64,000 nt of DNA from an uncultured Verrucomicrobiae bacterium (GTDB taxonomy: Bacteria; Chlamydiota; Chlamydiia; Chlamydiales; Rhabdochlamydiaceae): assembly GCA_963718565.1 (NCBI GenBank), contig OY970364.1, positions 1,824,001-1,888,000 of the forward strand, given 5' to 3'. Under the pieces are notes generated by a model. That model did no database searches and was not told the origin of the DNA. It was given only the letters and a program-made list of their open reading frames with translations. Both the position numbers and the translations under genes were made by a program. Of this stretch, positions 59,639 to 64,000 are shown one piece after another. Numbering within the stretch: position 1 is the first letter of the stretch; each line of letters begins with the position of its first letter.

Positions 59639-60427
59639 GTGCAGATGGAAGATAGCTTATTGGATTTGAATAGCCGTGGGATTTTTCCTGGCCCTTCTGA
59701 ACAGGAAAAGAAATTTTTGAAGCGTGCTGCGGCCGCAAAACAAGTCACGTCCCCAGAAGTTCTTAAGTTGACTCAAGATATTTTTAGCGCTCTTCCTGAT
59801 TGGGTAAAGATTCACTACGCGAAAAAAGGCCTTCTCCCTTGGGAAGGAGCTGCGACTTGGATCGAGGAGAGTGCTGAAGGAATGCGGGAAGCTTCCATCC
59901 ATGTCAAATCTTCCTTTCTCACGCGGTTGTACCCACAAGAAGAGATCATTGCTCATGAAATGGTCCATGCCATGCGACTCACGTTCGAAGAAAGGCGATT
60001 TGAAGAAATTTTAGCTTTTCGCACTTCAAAAAACCGATTTCGTCGCTATTTTGGCCCTCTCTTTACGCACCCAGGAGAAACAAAAACATTCGTGATGTGC
60101 GTGCTCGGCTCTTGTCTGGCCTATTGGACAGAGTTCCTTTTTGATGTTTCATTGGGAGCAAAATATTTTCTCTGGGCTCCCCTGTTTGTTTTGGGATGGG
60201 GAGTCTGGCGGCTTGCTCGCTCGCAAAAGCTGTTTTCTCATGCATTAAATCATTTAGAAAAAGTGATCAAAGAGCCTCAGAGGTCGCTGGCTGTAGCTCT
60301 ACGTCTATCCGATCGTGAGATTGAACAGTTTGCTAAAAGCTCCCCCGAACACATTTTAGCCTTTGCATCCCAAGAGAAGGGAAAGAGTTTACGCTGGAAC
60401 CAGCTCTTTCTTGCATTTTTCCATTAA
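59639..60427 (+). CDS. Conserved chlamydial hypothetical protein (CT642-like), HExxH motif
   Basis: LNSRGIFPGP, PWEGAATWI, IAHEMVHAMR, FEEILA.RTS, LRLSD.EI, LRW; family recalled from memory, not searched. Confidence 0.55.
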   Translation: MQMEDSLLDLNSRGIFPGPSEQEKKFLKRAAAAKQVTSPEVLKLTQDIFSALPDWVKIHYAKKGLLPWEGAATWIEESAEGMREASIHVKSSFLTRLYPQEEIIAHEMVHAMRLTFEERRFEEILAFRTSKNRFRRYFGPLFTHPGETKTFVMCVLGSCLAYWTEFLFDVSLGAKYFLWAPLFVLGWGVWRLARSQKLFSHALNHLEKVIKEPQRSLAVALRLSDREIEQFAKSSPEHILAFASQEKGKSLRWNQLFLAFFH

Positions 60428-60473
60428 CCTGAGTTTTGGGTTCATTTTATAGAGGGAATTGCAAAACTCAGGT
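60427..60473. terminator. Hairpin between convergent genes, containing a family B TIR
   Basis: ACCTGAGTTTTG (60427-60438) pairs with CAAAACTCAGGT (60462-60473); GAGGGAATTGCAAAACTC at 60452. Confidence 0.45.
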
Positions 60474-60475
60474 CA

Positions 60476-61840
60476 TTAGACCCATTTTTTGCGTTTGGCT
60501 GCGGGAGCAATTTTTAAAGCTCCGCGGTACTTGGCTATTGTCCGTCTTGCGCAAGAGATCCCAAGCTTGCGTAAATGACCGGCAATTGCTTCGTCCGACA
60601 TGGGTTCCTGTTTGTTCTCTTTTTCAATCGTCCGAAGAAGAATTTTTCGAAGGTTGTGTTTGGAAATTTTTTCTCCGTTTTGCGTCTTTACGGCCGGACT
60701 GAAGAAGGACTTGAATGCGAAAAGCCCTTGCGGGCAAGCGACGAATTTGCCCGCAACAGCGCGTAGGATTGTGGATTCGTGCAGGCTGAGTTCTTGCGCA
60801 ACTTCTTGAGTCGTCAAAGGCTTGAGCCCAGCTTTATCGCCGCTCAAGAACTCGACTTGTTTTCTGATCAGGAGTTCTCCAATCCTTCGCAGGGTTTCGT
60901 TCCTTCTTTGGACAATTCTTTTCAACCATCTTCCACCGGCAAATTGACGTCTCAGATAAAATGTTTCCTCTTTTTTCAGTGAACCGCCTTGCAATGCCTC
61001 GAGATAAGCAGGAGCAATTTGAATACGCGGGAGAAAAGCAGTATTGACCTCGATCTGCCACTTTCCCTCGATGCAAATAAAGAATAAGTCAGGGACAAGT
61101 GCTGTTGCCGGCTGATAAAAATAGCGATAGCCGGGATGGAGATCGAGCGGGGCGATTTCCTTTTCTATGATTTGCACCAATTCCGCCATTGGGATGCACA
61201 ATTTTTGAGAAATGAGTGGAAGCCGATTATGGACCAGATCGTCAAAGTGCTCTGAAATAATTTTGAAAGCAAGCCCCGTTTCTTTTTTCTTAAGGTTAAG
61301 CTGAAGAAGAAGACATTCGTGAAGATTGCGAGCGCCGATTCCTGGAGGGTCAAGCGATTGAATCTCGTTTAAGACTTTCTCCATTGTTTCTAAGGGCGCG
61401 AAAGGAGCGATCTCACTTAAGGGAGTGTCTAAGTATCCCTTGTCGTTAAGATGTCCGATGATCAGTTCGGCCAGAGGGATATTTTGCGGTTCTTCTATGG
61501 CAAGCTGAACCTGCTTCATCAGATGTTCGTAAAGGGAAATGGGTGCTGTGAGAAGGTTCTCCTGATGCTCTTTGCGTCTTTTTTCCATCGCTTCTTGGGA
61601 CCTGTTTCTTAAAACAGGGCGATCTTTATCTGGTTCTTCCAGATTTTCCTTCAATCCTTGATCGGAATCATCCATTTCCAAAACAGGATTGGATTCAATC
61701 TCAGCCTTTAACCACTGGGATAATTCGAGCAGAGGAAGTTGAAGAACATGAAATGCTTGCTTCATCGCCAAATTGACGAGCAACTGTTGATGTTGTTTTA
61801 ATGAAATCTGATTGTTTTGTAATAATGAAATCGATTGCAT
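60476..61840 (-). CDS. rpoN: RNA polymerase sigma-54 factor
   Basis: LQLPLLEL, NPVLE, DPPGIGAR, HESTILRA, RpoN box ARRTIAKYR. Confidence 0.95.
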   Translation of the reverse strand: MQSISLLQNNQISLKQHQQLLVNLAMKQAFHVLQLPLLELSQWLKAEIESNPVLEMDDSDQGLKENLEEPDKDRPVLRNRSQEAMEKRRKEHQENLLTAPISLYEHLMKQVQLAIEEPQNIPLAELIIGHLNDKGYLDTPLSEIAPFAPLETMEKVLNEIQSLDPPGIGARNLHECLLLQLNLKKKETGLAFKIISEHFDDLVHNRLPLISQKLCIPMAELVQIIEKEIAPLDLHPGYRYFYQPATALVPDLFFICIEGKWQIEVNTAFLPRIQIAPAYLEALQGGSLKKEETFYLRRQFAGGRWLKRIVQRRNETLRRIGELLIRKQVEFLSGDKAGLKPLTTQEVAQELSLHESTILRAVAGKFVACPQGLFAFKSFFSPAVKTQNGEKISKHNLRKILLRTIEKENKQEPMSDEAIAGHLRKLGISCARRTIAKYRGALKIAPAAKRKKWV

Positions 61841-61965
61841 AATTATTCTGTATTTTATTTTTATGCATATATTTTAATTGTTATTTTGTCTATCTGTTAT
61901 TTTGTTTTAATAAATGTAAAGCTGTTTTACAAATTCTAGCTAGTTGATTATACTTTAAGAGGGAA

Positions 61966-62917
61966 TTGGAAATGGCTTCTATGAAACGCTGTGCGGTCTT
62001 CAGCTGTTTAGGTCTAGGAGATGGGTTAATCGCTCTTGTCCTATCTAATAACCTTTACCTCAATGGTTGTGAGGTCACAACGTTCCACCCCTTCCTGGAA
62101 AATCTTCAAGAATGGTTTCCCCATCTCCCTTTGCGGCCTTTTCCGCCATCTGAAGACTTTGGGTCGAGCTTAAAAGAGTTTGATCATTTCTTTTTAATTT
62201 ATGAAAAATCTTCATGGATGCAGGCTATTTTAGCCCACTGTCAAAAGCATTGCCTGGAACGCACGACCGTGCTCAATCCCATTGCGACAGCCAACCGCGA
62301 TTATCCCTACTGGGAGCAAGGGCGTTTCGACGGGGCCCGTTCCTTTGTGGAGAACCTCTATGCTTTTTGTAAGGATGTGCTAAGATTTACCGTTGTGACC
62401 AAATCCAATGGCATGCTCATTCCTGAGCACGTTCGACCCCGCCATCTTAAAAATCGCATCATTTTTCATCCGACAAGCTCGCGCATGGGAAAGAATTGGG
62501 CGAGTGAAAAGTATCTTAAGCTTGCCTCTGAGCTAAAAGCCCGAGGGTTTGCTCCTGCTTTCATGATGACTCAGGAAGAGCGCCAAGAGTGGGACCTTGA
62601 ACATTCTTGATGCCCCTCTATTTTCAGGGCAATCCGAAATGGCCGCATTTATTTGTGAATCAGGCTACATGATCGGCAATGACTCGGGAATTGGGCATCT
62701 TGCATCCTGTCTAGGTCTGCCAACGGTAACGATCTGCCGCAGCGAGCAGAATGGAAGATTTTGGCGGCCTGCATGGGCACCGGGAAGACTGATCACCCCC
62801 TCCAAATGGATTCCTAACCTCAAAGGACTGCGATTAAGAGACCAACATTGGAAAAAATGGATCTCCGTCCGGAGAGTGCTTGATAACTTTCTTGACCTTG
62901 CCCAAAATCAATGCTGA
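61966..62917 (+). pseudogene. GT9 (heptosyltransferase-like) glycosyltransferase split by a frameshift near 62603
   Basis: GLGDGL and HPTS..KNW in ORF 61966-62610; IGNDSGIGHLA in ORF 62597-62917. Confidence 0.75.
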
Positions 62918-64000
62918 TGTTCTGCAAAACTCTTTTGCAAAGCAGGAATTGCTTTTGTTCTTAGGAAAGTCTTGCCCTCTGTGAATAGCTGATTCATTTC
63001 CTGGATAATCGCATTCAGAGAGATACCCTCGCTTGGCGTGCCAAAAAGAATTTTAGGGATGCTTTGCAATTGAAACCCTGCTTGAAGTTCAGGACACCAT
63101 TCAAGAGCATCGAGATTATTAATGATTTTAGAGGACACACTTTTATTGTTGACTTCCACAGGATAACGCACTTTATAGGAAAGCTGTTGCATAGCCCCTG
63201 ACAAAGACCCCATATCTATTTGGAGTTGCTCGGAGAGTATTGTCAATTCATGCTGAATGCTAATGTCACCTTGAGTATAGTACTCGATGGAATGCAAAAT
63301 GTTCTCCATGGATTCTTGCAATTGCAACAAACTCCAAACGGTCCACGTTGAAAATGTCCGGATATCTTTGGCTTTATTCATTTGACGGATGCCGGCTTCA
63401 AGCATTTTCAAGGCAGCCACTGCCTGTTTCACCTGTAAATAGACGGGATGATGTCTATTGAAATTTGAGAGAAAACCTTCGAGTGTTTGCTGAATTTCGC
63501 CAAACATTTTTTCCTGCAAAGGTTGTTTTTTCACTTGTACTTCTTCAAAATGACCTAAGGGGAGCGCAGAAAGGTGTTTAGAACTTTCAGTCTCTCCCAA
63601 CATCACCTCTATTTGCTTGCACGTGAGTTCTATGATTTCTTCCGCACTTTTTTTCAGGTCTTTCTCGGAATAGGGATGGCCTTCGGCTATTTTGAATAAT
63701 TGCTCCAAAACGGAAGGGATTTTCACTTGAAATGTTGTGGCCGAATTCCACCTTTCATGTTCAAGATAGAAATAGCGAAACCAATTATTAATTAAAAAAA
63801 GTTGTCCCACAATCCAAGGATACTTAGTGGAGTTGGGATCAAATTTTGGATCAAATTTTTGATGATAAATCTTTAAATTATGTGTCCTTTCAAAAGGTTC
63901 GCCCTCTTCTTTTAAACAGTGCCGGTAGGTCTGTTCCATTGTTTTTTGAGCAAAATTTGCGACAGCTGCGATCAAGCTTAAATCATCCGATGGGGAGAAT
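62908..64000 (-). CDS. Hypothetical helical protein (partial; frame open to the window edge)
   Basis: At least 355 aa ORF with no upstream stop before position 64000; no recognisable motif. Confidence 0.6.
   Translation of the reverse strand, partial: FSPSDDLSLIAAVANFAQKTMEQTYRHCLKEEGEPFERTHNLKIYHQKFDPKFDPNSTKYPWIVGQLFLINNWFRYFYLEHERWNSATTFQVKIPSVLEQLFKIAEGHPYSEKDLKKSAEEIIELTCKQIEVMLGETESSKHLSALPLGHFEEVQVKKQPLQEKMFGEIQQTLEGFLSNFNRHHPVYLQVKQAVAALKMLEAGIRQMNKAKDIRTFSTWTVWSLLQLQESMENILHSIEYYTQGDISIQHELTILSEQLQIDMGSLSGAMQQLSYKVRYPVEVNNKSVSSKIINNLDALEWCPELQAGFQLQSIPKILFGTPSEGISLNAIIQEMNQLFTEGKTFLRTKAIPALQKSFAEHQH

Overview
This window is most likely from an environmental Chlamydiota genome, judged from a TopA with a C-terminal SWIB domain, a CT642-like gene next to rpoN, and a chlamydial-type inverse autotransporter. 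Almost all of it is a mosaic surface-glycan locus. (i) 1-11.3 kb: GDP-mannose/fucose-type genes (manC, gmd), glycosyltransferases, a Wzx flippase and an inverse autotransporter. (ii) 11.5-20.8 kb: a polyprenyl-phospho-arabinose (UbiA/DprE1/DprE2-like) module with GtrA and a candidate GT-C, followed by topA. (iii) 26-56 kb: Wzm/Wzt plus about 20 genes for an unusual, heavily tailored nucleotide sugar (split transketolase, SIS isomerase, reversed HldE-like protein, C- and other methyltransferases, 2OG-Fe dioxygenase, LhgO-like oxidase, two TIGR04372-like GTs). (iv) Three tandem membrane-anchored DXD glycosyltransferases, rpoN and a frameshifted GT9. The non-coding DNA holds several nested families of miniature inverted-repeat elements that visibly remodel genes. 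One palindromic element is inserted in frame at a gene start. An ISAs1-like element has its left arm amplified into a 4 x 178 bp array. A TWA-targeting MITE family is also present, and two identical IS701-like copies each sit inside a MITE. There are also IS607/TnpB and IS66 remnants. No rRNA, tRNA or CRISPR array was seen. Family assignments come from motif recognition by eye; no database searches were run.
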